A DNA stretch of 64,000 nt from an uncultured virus (IMG/VR IMGVR_UViG_3300031787_000087) (lineage: Duplodnaviria; Heunggongvirae; Uroviricota; Caudoviricetes). Positions 1 to 10,019 of the stretch are shown piece after piece; position 1 is the stretch's first letter; each line of letters starts with the position of its first letter. The notes beneath the pieces are model-generated. The model searched no databases. It saw only the letters and a program-made list of their open reading frames with translations, and was not told where the DNA came from. The stretch lies in the IMG/VR virus record IMGVR_UViG_3300031787_000087. One strand, given 5' to 3'. The position numbers were made by a program, and so were the translations under genes.

Positions 1-606
1 CTGCTAAAGGTGCGTTAGACCAACTCATTAAGGAAGTTGGGCGCTCTGGCATTCTCAGAAAGAAAGACCAAGTAGATAAGTTCATCGATATCTATAACGA
101 CATGTTTGAATTGTCTAGCCGTGTAGCAGCATATAGATTGTTAAAAGACCAGTACTACCATGAGAATCTAGCAAACAAGATGAACGTGGCTGATGCGCAA
201 GAAGACGCAAGAATCCGTGCCGTAGAGTATGCAAAGAACCTTGCTAACTTTGAGCAGGTCGGTAAGTGGGGCAAGCAGGCTGGTGCGCTATTCATGTTCT
301 TCCGCCCTGCCGCTACTGGTGCAGTACGCGCTATTCAAGCCTTGTCTCCTGCGTTTAGTTTTAACGAAGAGAACTTCCGTAAAGAAGCGCGAGCCGAAGG
401 TCGTACCCCACAGCAAATTGAAAGAGCCGTGGCTATTATGCAGAAGCGTCAATACGCCGCTAGACGCATGATGGTGACGATGACAGGAATTGGTGTTTCC
501 TTATACATGATGGCATTGATGATGGCTGGTGATGATGAAGAAGGGCGCAACCGTGTCGTTACAGATGACATGGCGCGTTGGACTCGTTACGCTCGTTTCT
601 TCATTC
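1..606 (+). repeat. Imperfect terminal direct repeat, copy 1 (copy 2 at 63395-64000)
   Basis: Gap-free manual alignment, roughly 62 mismatches in 606 bp, mostly third codon positions. Confidence 0.95.
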
Positions 607-1484
607 CTGGGTTTGAGAAACCATTACAAATATCTTGGGGCTTCGGACCTGGCGCTTTTGCTGCGGCTGGCGCACAGATTGCATCTATTGGTTCAGGTCG
701 TGTATCAATCGGAGAAGCACTCTCCAACATTGTTACTGTTGGGCTTGATTCATTCTTACCGTTACCATTCTCACGTATTAGCCCAATAGAAAATTTCCCA
801 GCATGGGCTATGGACTCCGTAACCCCATCTGCGTTCCGTCCGTTCTTTGAATATGTGATGAACTTAGATGGTTTAGGTCGTGAGATTTACAACAATCGCC
901 AGACACGTTATGGTGATGCATATACAGGTGGCGATAGCATTCCTGAAGCGTACAAAATGGCAGCCCGCGCACTGTTTGATGCTACCGATGGCGCAATCGA
1001 CTGGAGTCCAAACACAATGTACTTCTTCGCCAGCAACTACTTTGATGGTATGGCAAAGATGGGTACAGCGGCTACTAACTTAAGTTACACAGTCGCGGGC
1101 AACAAAGACTTTGACCCCAAGCACGACTTGCCGTTTATTGGTAGTTTCATCGGCACTAAGTCCAATGTAGACGCACGAGAATTTAGCAAAGTTGAAGACC
1201 AAATCAAGGCAATGGATAAGCGTATTAACTCGTTAAAAGATAAGCCAGAGATGTTAGATAGATATCTTGAGGCTAATCCAAATGCGTACGCTGCCGTTGA
1301 GTTCTACAACGAACAAGTTAACGGACAACTACGTGAAGTGCGTGCAGTAGCAAATCAAATTAGAGCTAACGGTGAGTTAACTCCACGCGAACGCAAGCTG
1401 CAACTGGAAGAGATTAACGGCATATCAAGCACTATAAAGCGTCAACTGTTAAATGTGTTTGAAGAACTAGATATTAAACCCTAG
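1..1484 (+). CDS. C-terminal part of giant polyvalent/ejected protein (LPD38-like C-terminus); continuation of the CDS starting at 57823
   Basis: Frame is open from base 3; bases 1-606 match 63395-64000 in the same frame; GREIY/FxGSF-type motifs resemble LPD38-family C-termini. Confidence 0.75.
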   Translation, partial: AKGALDQLIKEVGRSGILRKKDQVDKFIDIYNDMFELSSRVAAYRLLKDQYYHENLANKMNVADAQEDARIRAVEYAKNLANFEQVGKWGKQAGALFMFFRPAATGAVRAIQALSPAFSFNEENFRKEARAEGRTPQQIERAVAIMQKRQYAARRMMVTMTGIGVSLYMMALMMAGDDEEGRNRVVTDDMARWTRYARFFIPGFEKPLQISWGFGPGAFAAAGAQIASIGSGRVSIGEALSNIVTVGLDSFLPLPFSRISPIENFPAWAMDSVTPSAFRPFFEYVMNLDGLGREIYNNRQTRYGDAYTGGDSIPEAYKMAARALFDATDGAIDWSPNTMYFFASNYFDGMAKMGTAATNLSYTVAGNKDFDPKHDLPFIGSFIGTKSNVDAREFSKVEDQIKAMDKRINSLKDKPEMLDRYLEANPNAYAAVEFYNEQVNGQLREVRAVANQIRANGELTPRERKLQLEEINGISSTIKRQLLNVFEELDIKP

Positions 1485-1705
1485 CTCATACGCCAAGCAC
1501 GGACACCGAGGAAACCTTCCTCGGTTGTCGTAAACACTTTCATAACCACACCAGACTTCTTAGCTGTCGTGTCAATGATGTAAGACATGTATGCTGGCTT
1601 CATTGTTGGCAAGAAGAAGCTATCCCCCACACTCATTCCAGCGTAGGGGAAGACCCATGTCGGTTCATCGAACGGAGTGTCATTCGGAGACGGCTTCTTG
1701 CTCAT
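1481..1705 (-). CDS. Small conserved phage protein (FPY..M.VGDSFF motif, putative DNA-binding)
   Basis: ORF track 1481..1765; likely start MSKKPS at 1705, overlapping the primase stop. Confidence 0.65.
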   Translation of the reverse strand: MSKKPSPNDTPFDEPTWVFPYAGMSVGDSFFLPTMKPAYMSYIIDTTAKKSGVVMKVFTTTEEGFLGVRAWRMS

Positions 1706-4565
1706 CTTGGAATAAGTGACTGATGTCCATGACGATGCGGTATGCCTGAATGTTTGTAGAACCAAACGCAGACTTCCAGCCGCTAGCCATCTGTTTACGG
1801 TCTTTGTGCTTCAAGATGCCCTTGCGAGTCAACTCAGATTCAAACCAAGTGGTGCCTAACTTTACAGTCTTTAGGTATTCTTTCATGGCGGCAGACGAAA
1901 CCCATATAGTGTTCTCATCCACCTCGGCACGGATGTAGAGCGCCTGTTTAGGATCAGCAACTACACGTCCGTCACGGATAACCAAAGTGTTCTGAATGTT
2001 CTTGTTGATAAAGTCACCAAGCACGCTCTCTGCTTTGCTGTCATCTTCTTCCTGTTTGCCATCAATGATCTTCTCGAAGTCAACTCCAACCACAGCGAAG
2101 ATGCGATCTAAGTCAAAATTAGTTAGACCCATGTTGTTGGTGATGTTGCCCGCAACTCTAGTGATAGCAACTAGGTTAGACAGGAAGCGGTACTCTGCGT
2201 TTTTGGTGTACTTCTCACCGACGTTCAGGTATTCTTTGGTAGCGCGACGCTTAACTTCTTCTGTTGTTATTCTAAATAACTCTTGTATGTACAGTGGGCC
2301 CGCGTGACCGAAGTGGGACTTCAACGTCTCAAACATTAACATGCCACGCTCGTCTGTCAACTCATATCCAGCAACATTAGGGCGTTGGATGATTGGCTCA
2401 AGGATACGCATCTCTTCTGGGTTAGTGTCACCTTTGTACTGAGACATTGCATCTCGCAGTCTGGTGTTGGTTGTGATGACCGAGATAAGTTTGGTAATGA
2501 ACGATGCTTCACGCTCTTGGTTAGTAGACGCTTGCATACGTAACTTAGGCTGACCCGATGAGACGTTGTAGGCTACGTGAGACAGAATCTTTCCATCTGT
2601 GTTTGACTGTTCATCCAAACCGAAAGGCAGGTTCTTACAGGCAATCATGCGAGTAATCAACGCGTTCTGTGTTGCATCGAACACGGCAAGGTTCTCAGGG
2701 TGACCCCAAATACTTAGCGCACCGTATAGCGCACCAGTCTTACCAAAGCCAGACTTACCATAGAGAGAAAGTATCACTCCGTTGACATTGGTAAATTCCA
2801 TCAATGGGCTTGCAAATCCGCAAAGCACAGAGAAGGCGTGCCATTCGTATCCTGGGTCCCCGAACATAGAGATTGACTTCTTCCAATCTTCTAACGTGCC
2901 ATTCGGTCTGATGTTACGCACAATGTTCTTCACCAAGGGTGAAGGTGGGCACTGTCTTGTTGTTCCGTCTGCCATGTACTCCGTAGTACCAATAACAAAT
3001 GAATCGCATTTTTCTGAAGTCCAACCTTGTTGCATTCTCATTACCTCCGCTTTCCTTACGTTTGTTAAGTATGTTGACCATTTCATGATGTAACTCGCCA
3101 TCTTGGGTGCGCTAGCTGGCTCGAACTTCAGACCATTACTAAGAAGAATAGTCTTAAGTTTGTCGTACAGGCCAACGTCTTTTAGTGGAAGAATAAATTC
3201 ACGCGACTCGTCTTTTGGAAAGTCGATGCGCATGACCAAGCATTCACCGTCATGCGGGCTGTAAATCCGCTGTATCGGGTATACATCGAAAGGCGATAGC
3301 AGTTCAGGATCATCCTGAATCAACTTACCTTTTTTGTCTCTTCTTGGGGGAGGCATAACGTAGATGCCTCCGTTGACTCCTCTGAAGTAGGGTTGGAGGT
3401 AGTCTGGGAAGAAAATTTCTTTGGTATTCGGCTCTTGCCGAACTGATTCCTCTTGATCTTCTGTTTGTCCGCTTGTGCTTCCATTAGGTTCTCCGTCAAT
3501 TTGTTCATAAGATGTGTGTTCGGCAATCTTGATGACTTTTCCAAGTCCGATAGGCCCAACTTTTCCAAGCCTAGAGCGATGGGGACACCCAACGCATCCG
3601 CTTGGGTTTTCTTTAGCAAAGGCGTCGCAACTGTGAGACCAAGCGGCTTCTCGTTTTGACTGTTCTGCTTTTCGTTCTGTTTCATCCCATGTGTAGTTAG
3701 GATGTTCATCTGACATTCCATGTATGGCAGTAGCGCCATCACGACACCGAGCGGCGACAGATAGTCCAGCGTACCAGAGTGGCTCTGGGCAATCAGCTTG
3801 CTCTTCGAGTATGTATTTAATTTGTGCACAACCATTTCCTTCTAGGCTGTCAACTGCAATCTTTTGAAAGTCGTATTCAAAGTTGCCATTGAGTTTGTCG
3901 TATATGGCTTGTGTATCTTCGTCGAGTCCTTTCTCAACATTACGCAAGTCGAACTTCTCTTCAATCTCGCCCAATGCTGGCGCGAGGCGATCAAAGCTGT
4001 AGGTATAAACATCCGTCAACATCACAGACGGTGTTGGAGGATCATATCTATAGTTGCTTGTCCCAGGCACGCGCATTAAGCGTGCTGAGTCTGCTGGTAC
4101 GTTCTGATCGATGATTAGGTTATGGTCTGTGCAGAGTTGTTTGAACTTCTCAGCATAGGGCACCCACTTTTCAGCGGGCATCTCCTCATCAAATATCCAG
4201 TAAGCATGTATGCCACCACCCGAATCTATTAAGATAGGTTGGGGCCAGTTGATTTCATCACAAAAGCGCTGTAAGTCTTGTAGAGCATCTGCCTTGGAAG
4301 GATAGCGGTCTTTACCGTGTTCAACATCCAAATCAAGGAAGAATGCTTTTACGTATATGCAGTTCTCTTGCTTGCGGCGCAAGCCTTCGTAAGTACCAGG
4401 TGTGAAATAAACATTGTGTTGAATATCAATAAACCTTTGAGCAAGTGCAATAGCGTCTCCAACACTAGTTGCAAATTTTGGTTTAATGATTCCTTCTTTG
4501 TCTATTCCAGCAATACATACGTTACCCTGCGTAGGGAAGATTTTCTCGAAAAATTGTTGGTTCAT
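1680..4565 (-). CDS. Primase-helicase fusion (AEP/RepB-like primase, Cys-rich domain, DUF927/Cch-like helicase)
   Basis: FLDLD and SGGGIHAYW primase motifs, RLMRVPGT, Cys cluster (SC...CVGCPH), Walker A GKSGFGKT, Walker B FGLDE. Confidence 0.85.
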   Translation of the reverse strand: MNQQFFEKIFPTQGNVCIAGIDKEGIIKPKFATSVGDAIALAQRFIDIQHNVYFTPGTYEGLRRKQENCIYVKAFFLDLDVEHGKDRYPSKADALQDLQRFCDEINWPQPILIDSGGGIHAYWIFDEEMPAEKWVPYAEKFKQLCTDHNLIIDQNVPADSARLMRVPGTSNYRYDPPTPSVMLTDVYTYSFDRLAPALGEIEEKFDLRNVEKGLDEDTQAIYDKLNGNFEYDFQKIAVDSLEGNGCAQIKYILEEQADCPEPLWYAGLSVAARCRDGATAIHGMSDEHPNYTWDETERKAEQSKREAAWSHSCDAFAKENPSGCVGCPHRSRLGKVGPIGLGKVIKIAEHTSYEQIDGEPNGSTSGQTEDQEESVRQEPNTKEIFFPDYLQPYFRGVNGGIYVMPPPRRDKKGKLIQDDPELLSPFDVYPIQRIYSPHDGECLVMRIDFPKDESREFILPLKDVGLYDKLKTILLSNGLKFEPASAPKMASYIMKWSTYLTNVRKAEVMRMQQGWTSEKCDSFVIGTTEYMADGTTRQCPPSPLVKNIVRNIRPNGTLEDWKKSISMFGDPGYEWHAFSVLCGFASPLMEFTNVNGVILSLYGKSGFGKTGALYGALSIWGHPENLAVFDATQNALITRMIACKNLPFGLDEQSNTDGKILSHVAYNVSSGQPKLRMQASTNQEREASFITKLISVITTNTRLRDAMSQYKGDTNPEEMRILEPIIQRPNVAGYELTDERGMLMFETLKSHFGHAGPLYIQELFRITTEEVKRRATKEYLNVGEKYTKNAEYRFLSNLVAITRVAGNITNNMGLTNFDLDRIFAVVGVDFEKIIDGKQEEDDSKAESVLGDFINKNIQNTLVIRDGRVVADPKQALYIRAEVDENTIWVSSAAMKEYLKTVKLGTTWFESELTRKGILKHKDRKQMASGWKSAFGSTNIQAYRIVMDISHLFQDEQEAVSE

Positions 4566-4578
4566 GTTCGCAGAGACG

Positions 4579-4600
4579 AAAAAGCGGAAGTTACTCCGCT
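4579..4600 (-). terminator. Terminator-like hairpin just upstream of the primase-helicase start
   Basis: Minus strand AGCGGAG-TAAC-TTCCGCT followed by TTTT. Confidence 0.5.
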
Positions 4601-4631
4601 GTGAAAGATGAACCGACCTAAGTCAGTTCGG

Positions 4632-4961
4632 CTATTTGTGATTCGCGGAAGTTATCGGTTTGCCGACCATATCTTTCAAATACGCACGCGCATCACGCAG
4701 GTTCTTGCAAGGCAAGATACCCTTTGATAAGTCCTCCTCAACTAGTTTGATAAACACTTCTATCTTGGCTCGTTTGGCGTAGCGGATGACCCCGCCCCTG
4801 AACCACGAATGGATAGTCATCCGTGTGGTATCGAACACTTGCGCAACGTATGTAGCAGGCAAGCCTGCTTTAATACATGTACTGGCTAAGTCAATACCTA
4901 GCCTGTATGTTTTAGTGTTCTCTACCGTGTCCAGTAGGTCGGAGCCGTATCCTCTAGCCAT
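4632..4961 (-). CDS. HTH DNA-binding protein (XRE/Cro-like)
   Basis: ATYVAQVFDTTRMTIHSWFRG helix-turn-helix pattern. Confidence 0.7.
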   Translation of the reverse strand: MARGYGSDLLDTVENTKTYRLGIDLASTCIKAGLPATYVAQVFDTTRMTIHSWFRGGVIRYAKRAKIEVFIKLVEEDLSKGILPCKNLRDARAYLKDMVGKPITSANHK

Positions 4962-5809
4962 TACTTCTTAGACCACTTCTTAACAATGTCTGTTACGTCT
5001 TCGCTTTTAGCTGATGCTTTAGCAGTCTTGTTAACAGTTGGTTCAGGCATGGCTTCTTGTGTAGAAGGCTGTGCTTCTTCCTCGTCACCACCATCGGTCT
5101 TATACACAGTCAACTTAACTGCGCTCTCCGCCGCAATAGACTTGCTTTGGTTAAGAATAGTCTCACGCATATCAGGAGGGACAGCGCTGCTTGGAGAGAA
5201 CAACAGACGAGGCACTGGCGAGTTGATATCAAATTGCATCTTTGTAATGATCTTGCCTGCACTCACGTTGTTGTTAGCAAGCATTTGGATATATGGTCTG
5301 AAAGGCCATTTACCGCTATCTTCCTTGCCGAACGCGCTAGTTGCTGGAAGCACTAACTGATACACGTCTCCTGCGGGATCATTCGGAAGAACGACAGCAG
5401 TGCGCCATGAGAGACGACATGCAGTGCCTTGACCGCCTTGACCTGAACCCTTTACAGAGTTAGGGCAGTCAGCGCAAGTAAGCGCGGCTGGCGATTTAAC
5501 CTCTGCGTCAGGAACCTTAGAGTCGTTAGACCAGCAAGCAGGGGACAACTTAACGCCCTTCTTGTAAGACTGGTTGTAGTAAGTGCGCGATGCTTCGTGA
5601 GCCATCTTGACGATGATTACGTTCATCGAGTTGTCAGTGTTGACACTCTGCTCTTTACCGCCAACAATCTTGCGGAACACACGCCCCTCAATAGAGATGC
5701 GCTTATTGCCTTTGGTTGCACCGCCTGCTACTGCAAGGGTGTCTGCATCAAGACCCAGTTCAACAAGGCTGTTATCTGAACTGATGATGTTTGCGAGTTC
5801 GTTACTCAT
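4961..5809 (-). CDS. Putative single-stranded DNA-binding/annealing protein
   Basis: 282 aa in replication cluster; CWS..., C.DCP...KGSG...C motif; acidic low-complexity tail. Confidence 0.5.
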   Translation of the reverse strand: MSNELANIISSDNSLVELGLDADTLAVAGGATKGNKRISIEGRVFRKIVGGKEQSVNTDNSMNVIIVKMAHEASRTYYNQSYKKGVKLSPACWSNDSKVPDAEVKSPAALTCADCPNSVKGSGQGGQGTACRLSWRTAVVLPNDPAGDVYQLVLPATSAFGKEDSGKWPFRPYIQMLANNNVSAGKIITKMQFDINSPVPRLLFSPSSAVPPDMRETILNQSKSIAAESAVKLTVYKTDGGDEEEAQPSTQEAMPEPTVNKTAKASAKSEDVTDIVKKWSKK

Positions 5810-5822
5810 AATACTGTTTTCC

Positions 5823-6236
5823 TTAAACTGTTAATTCACTAGTTGCTGAAGCCTTACGCACGACAATATCGTACTCACGCAAGGCATTCACGCCTGGGGG
5901 CAAGCCATCGCCTACTCTTTCGGACATGAATTCTTTGAAGTTCTTTTGATGGATACGACGCTCCAACAAATCAATCGAGCCTTCTTGCTCGACGAACTCT
6001 TTAAAATGATCCCAATCGGTACAGAAGAACCGCTCTTTCACTGTGCGTGTAACAGTGCCGTGTGATGTGCGGAAACCATTCATGTTGGTCTCGTTACATA
6101 CAGCAAGCATTGCGGCTTGTATTTCTTCCATTGCTTCTTTGAGGTCTGAATCTTGGGAGTCGTATTTTGCCTTCAATTCTTCGCGCATCTTACGAATCTC
6201 AAGATAATCTTTTACTAACGCTTCTCCGTCATTCAT
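5823..6236 (-). CDS. Conserved coiled-coil phage replication-cluster protein
   Basis: 137 aa ORF, strong SD GAAGGAGAG, N-terminal coiled coil, DW..F..F motif. Confidence 0.7.
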   Translation of the reverse strand: MNDGEALVKDYLEIRKMREELKAKYDSQDSDLKEAMEEIQAAMLAVCNETNMNGFRTSHGTVTRTVKERFFCTDWDHFKEFVEQEGSIDLLERRIHQKNFKEFMSERVGDGLPPGVNALREYDIVVRKASATSELTV

Positions 6237-7807
6237 AGTTTCTCTCCTTCGAGTTCATCTTTATACAGGTCTACCAATTTTTCGTGTAGGGACACTTTGT
6301 TTTGCAACATTGCGTACATACGCCGTTCCACCTCAGACCCTTGGAGGTGTATTACTGTCATGCTGTTCTTCTGTCCGACGCGATCGATACGCGCTATACA
6401 CTGTAAGTATGTTTCTACGGACATAACAGGAGACCAAAATATTACTGTGTCAGCCGCAGTTAGGGTAACCCCGTGGGATGCGGCTTGTGGTTGTATCAGC
6501 AGTACTCTTGGGTCTGGGTTCTGCTGAAAGTTTTTAAATACATCTGCACGCTGAAGAGCTGTCACATCGCCAGAGATAATCTCATTAGATACACCAGCGG
6601 ACTCCAAATGCTTCTGCACTAAAGACAGAGTATGTTTGTAGGGTATAAAGATAAGCACCTTATGTAGTGCTTCATCCAATACTTCTTGCAAGACAGACAA
6701 GCGCGGTGTTATATCGAACTCAACGACGTTGCCGTCATCTGTGTAAACAGCCCCGCCTGACAATTGAAGCAAGCGGGTAAGTGAGGCTGCGGCATTAACT
6801 GTGCTGATAGTTTCGCCTGCGGTTTTAATCTGCATCTCTTTGACGAGATCACGATAGTACTTTGATGCTTGTGGTGACAATGGCACTAAGCGTGTTTGAT
6901 AGACCACATCAGGTAGGTCAAGACACTGCGCCTTCTCATAGCGTATAGCGGGTTGCAACGCATCAAACACAGTGACACGCGATTCAGGTTTAGGCGACCA
7001 CTTGAAGCGAGTAACTTGACTCATGACCTTATCGCGCCATGCAGTCTTGTAGCGTGGTACACCATCAGGGTTAACTAGTCTTGCAAGACCAAACGCATCT
7101 TCAGGTGATTGCGCGGCAGGTGTACCAGTCATCATCCACAAGTATGTATCAGGCTTGACTAGTCGTGCTAATGTTTTCCAACGTCTAGTAGCGGTGTTCT
7201 TGTATGCGTTGGCTTCATCAACAATTATCAAATCAAACTTGCCTTCAGCAATAGCTTTCTCAACTACACCTACACCGTCATAGTTGATGATGACAAACTG
7301 ATAGTCACTGCGAATAATTTTTTCACGTTTGGGTGTAGCACCGTGTGCTACGGCACAAGTGCGATGCATTGCAGTCTTGAACAAGTCTGCTTGCCATGCG
7401 CTGTGCATGATTGATAGAGGACAGATAACAAGCGCACGACGCACCTTGCCTTGATTCATCAAGTAGTCTGCCGCCCATATAGCCGCAGATGTTTTGCCTG
7501 TGCCTGCTTCGTTGAAACAGAATGCGCGACGGTGAACGGATAGAAACCGTGAAGTATCTCTTTGATGATCGAAAGGTTGAAACATCCCAGGCCACTCGTA
7601 GTCACGCTCGATTGGCGATGGAACCTTTACGCTATTTGGGAATATACGTGCGAGACGTTGCATCTCGTCAAGACCCCAATACACGATTACGTCTGATACA
7701 CCATCTGTTGTATCAAGCACTTCACTTTTTTCGATGTAGCACTCAATCATCTTTGCTACTTGTGTAGAGCATTGAATCCTAACTGCACTGTTGTCAACTA
7801 TTTCCAT
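6233..7807 (-). CDS. SNF2-family helicase
   Basis: AGTGKT, IVDEA, MTGTP, HGVTLT, QCIARIDRVGQ motifs; start taken at MEIVD. Confidence 0.92.
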   Translation of the reverse strand: MEIVDNSAVRIQCSTQVAKMIECYIEKSEVLDTTDGVSDVIVYWGLDEMQRLARIFPNSVKVPSPIERDYEWPGMFQPFDHQRDTSRFLSVHRRAFCFNEAGTGKTSAAIWAADYLMNQGKVRRALVICPLSIMHSAWQADLFKTAMHRTCAVAHGATPKREKIIRSDYQFVIINYDGVGVVEKAIAEGKFDLIIVDEANAYKNTATRRWKTLARLVKPDTYLWMMTGTPAAQSPEDAFGLARLVNPDGVPRYKTAWRDKVMSQVTRFKWSPKPESRVTVFDALQPAIRYEKAQCLDLPDVVYQTRLVPLSPQASKYYRDLVKEMQIKTAGETISTVNAAASLTRLLQLSGGAVYTDDGNVVEFDITPRLSVLQEVLDEALHKVLIFIPYKHTLSLVQKHLESAGVSNEIISGDVTALQRADVFKNFQQNPDPRVLLIQPQAASHGVTLTAADTVIFWSPVMSVETYLQCIARIDRVGQKNSMTVIHLQGSEVERRMYAMLQNKVSLHEKLVDLYKDELEGEKL

Positions 7808-7824
7808 ACTACCTTTCAAAACTG

Positions 7825-7950
7825 TTCCCCGTCTTTCCGAGGTGTCCGTTAGTCCTGTCGCACGTAGGAGTCAGCCTCGAAAGGATGAAGAAAGCGTGTG
7901 CCGACTAACTGATGCGGTTTTCAATGTCTTGCCCACTCACACCTGACAGC
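7825..7950 (-). ncRNA. Candidate structured 5' leader RNA of the SNF2 operon
   Basis: GTTAGTC/GACTAAC stem enclosing GCAC/GTGC and a CCT-TTCG-AGG hairpin, then CCTCG-GAAAGA-CGGGG. Confidence 0.45.
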
Positions 7951-7959
7951 GTATTTAAT

Positions 7960-7987
7960 ATTATGGGGGCGATTTTTTATTTGTCAA
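7960..7987 (-). promoter_or_regulatory. Sigma70-like promoter
   Basis: TTGACA-16 nt-CATAAT on minus strand, pointing into the SNF2/SSB/primase operon. Confidence 0.6.
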
Positions 7988-8295
7988 GTTCTTTTACGTT
8001 CTTTTTTGCTAGTTTCTGATACGAGGTTTCCCTTAGAGTCGCGTTTGAATGAACGATTAGTAGAAGCACTTTCTATTCGTAGTCCATTTTTGTTTGAACC
8101 ACCCTTGTCGAGTGCTACAACGTGTGCAACATCTTTGCCCTTGCGTTTGGGTGAAGTTTGCATGACCGTACCAGTATCACGCTTGTCGATAGCGCGACGC
8201 CCGCGCTGACGCTCCATACGTCGTTCGTGTTCACCACGCGCCTTCTCTTGCTCGTATTCTTTTTTGTATGGTCTAGGTTTGTTTACGTAGGGCAT
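7984..8295 (-). CDS. Small HNH-like protein
   Basis: KDVAHVVALDKGGSN...LRI...NRS pattern. Confidence 0.7.
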   Translation of the reverse strand: MPYVNKPRPYKKEYEQEKARGEHERRMERQRGRRAIDKRDTGTVMQTSPKRKGKDVAHVVALDKGGSNKNGLRIESASTNRSFKRDSKGNLVSETSKKERKRT

Positions 8296-8304
8296 TACCG
8301 TTCC

Positions 8305-8958
8305 TTATTTATGAAATTGGCAAATCTTTACTGGACACCAACCACAAAGGGGAGTTGGGTTTTCTTGCCATACACCATTTTCGTACGATAGTCGCAATCG
8401 TTCAAGTGTTGGATAGAAATCTGTCCACAATGTATCCAAATCTTTTCTATGGTATTCAGTGGGTATGAAGTGTTCATGCACAACAAAGAGCAAGCCTGCC
8501 TTCACATGTTGGACTTCAGGGTAGTGTGCAAACACCATTAACGCCATGAGTTGTAACTGTTTTAAATCAGGGTACTTATTACTACCCGTCTTATAGTCAA
8601 CCACAAACGCTGTGTCACCATTTATTACTACTAAGTCGGCTATGCCACGCACCCAGTATTCACCCCACTTGCATGGCTCTCGGTCAAAGTTGATTGCCAT
8701 ACGCAACTCAGGATACTTGATACCTTCCATCTCTACGAGTGGGTCAAGTTGGCGTTGAAATTTCTGATAGTTCGGCAATAGGGGTTTTCCCTCGCCTACG
8801 TAGTCCTCTACTGCTTTGTGAACTTCTGTGCCGTAGCGCATCTGTTCAGTAGGGAATTTGGTGTACCTTTTTAGTACCTTCACTTCGTGGTACTGGCGAG
8901 GGCAGTTGTCGTAGTCTTTAAGACCAGAGTAAGACCATTTGACTTCGTGTGTTTGCAT
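8305..8958 (-). CDS. PD-(D/E)XK Cas4/RecB-like exonuclease
   Basis: WSYS...CP, GTEVH, GIAD, VDYKTG, QL.LMA, terminal CGWCP...C. Confidence 0.85.
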   Translation of the reverse strand: MQTHEVKWSYSGLKDYDNCPRQYHEVKVLKRYTKFPTEQMRYGTEVHKAVEDYVGEGKPLLPNYQKFQRQLDPLVEMEGIKYPELRMAINFDREPCKWGEYWVRGIADLVVINGDTAFVVDYKTGSNKYPDLKQLQLMALMVFAHYPEVQHVKAGLLFVVHEHFIPTEYHRKDLDTLWTDFYPTLERLRLSYENGVWQENPTPLCGWCPVKICQFHK

Positions 8959-8966
8959 GACTGTTT

Positions 8967-10019
8967 TTAAACTGAGAGTTTCGAGGAGTGCATATTAGCA
9001 TCTTCAGGGTAATTGCCAATAGCGTAGTCTTTGACTACCTTGCCATTCTCTTCGTCTCCAACAAGCATTGGTGCAACCCAACTGCGCTTACCTGAACGGT
9101 AGCTCCTCCAGTGTCCTCTCCTCCAATGTTGTCTTGGAGATGCGTGTGACCCATGAGGCACGCTTGGCAATTCTCGCTTCTTGCCTGTTACGGTTATTAG
9201 TTTGAACTCAACCAAAGGCGTCTTGCCCTTGCGTATTTTCTTTTGGTTAACTTGTATCTCTCTCGGTGTTGGTACAGACACGCAAACATCACCATCATGA
9301 AATGTCATCATATAGATAGCACTCATAGCCCGATGTATCATCAATTGCATTTCATTTACATCTAACCAACCAATTTGTGATTGTGGTATCAGTGGTCTAA
9401 TTTCTAGTACATGCGATTTAGGGTTTTCCGATACGTACACGCCTAATGTCGCTATGGCTATCTTCCCGTTAGTACCGTCTTGCACGCAAAAATGTACAAG
9501 TATTCCTCTTAGGTCATTCGCGTCTTGTTCTACTACACAAAATACAAATTCATTAACATGACCTTGAGGTATGGCTTTTTCATCGCCTACGCGTACGCTA
9601 CCTGTAATTACCACTATCTTAGGGAATGGTAAAAGTATTTTGCCTTCTTCTATAAACAATTCATGAAAGTTATCGGGCGGGTCAAAAGTATTCTCAATAA
9701 TAATTTTTGGAAAATTTGTCATCCCATCTACCCAAGCCTCTACTGCACCGTCAACACATTCAATCTTAGATTTAGCGTGGATAAGTTTTATAGCGGCTAT
9801 TTGTGAACCAACTGATTTAAAAGCCTTATCCCTGAACTGCTTATCCATGAATGCATCTTTAACGGTTGGAGCGTGGTATCCAACCGCAAACCTCCCAAAA
9901 CTTATAATCTGATAATTGATATTTAATTTTTCTCTTTGTCTTTCAATCGCCTTCTGCCAAGTCTCCTCTGAAAACTCGCGGGTTGGAATAATATTGATTT
10001 TGTCTTTACGCGTCGCCAT
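8967..10019 (-). CDS. Hypothetical protein with C-terminal HxRRGHWR domain
   Basis: 350 aa ORF; HASPRQHWRRGHWR...WV..MLVG. Confidence 0.7.
   Translation of the reverse strand: MATRKDKINIIPTREFSEETWQKAIERQREKLNINYQIISFGRFAVGYHAPTVKDAFMDKQFRDKAFKSVGSQIAAIKLIHAKSKIECVDGAVEAWVDGMTNFPKIIIENTFDPPDNFHELFIEEGKILLPFPKIVVITGSVRVGDEKAIPQGHVNEFVFCVVEQDANDLRGILVHFCVQDGTNGKIAIATLGVYVSENPKSHVLEIRPLIPQSQIGWLDVNEMQLMIHRAMSAIYMMTFHDGDVCVSVPTPREIQVNQKKIRKGKTPLVEFKLITVTGKKRELPSVPHGSHASPRQHWRRGHWRSYRSGKRSWVAPMLVGDEENGKVVKDYAIGNYPEDANMHSSKLSV

Noticed and set aside
1..606. DGR template/variable repeat pair or true terminal repeat
   Set aside because: Differences are not adenine-specific, there is no reverse transcriptase, and the copies are not identical
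3320..3484. Nested ORF with GGAG SD in the primase-helicase linker
   Set aside because: Product looks unstructured and extends over conserved main-frame sequence; insufficient support
8305..8958. Cas4 as evidence of a CRISPR system
   Set aside because: Stand-alone PD-(D/E)XK nuclease in a replication cluster, common in phages
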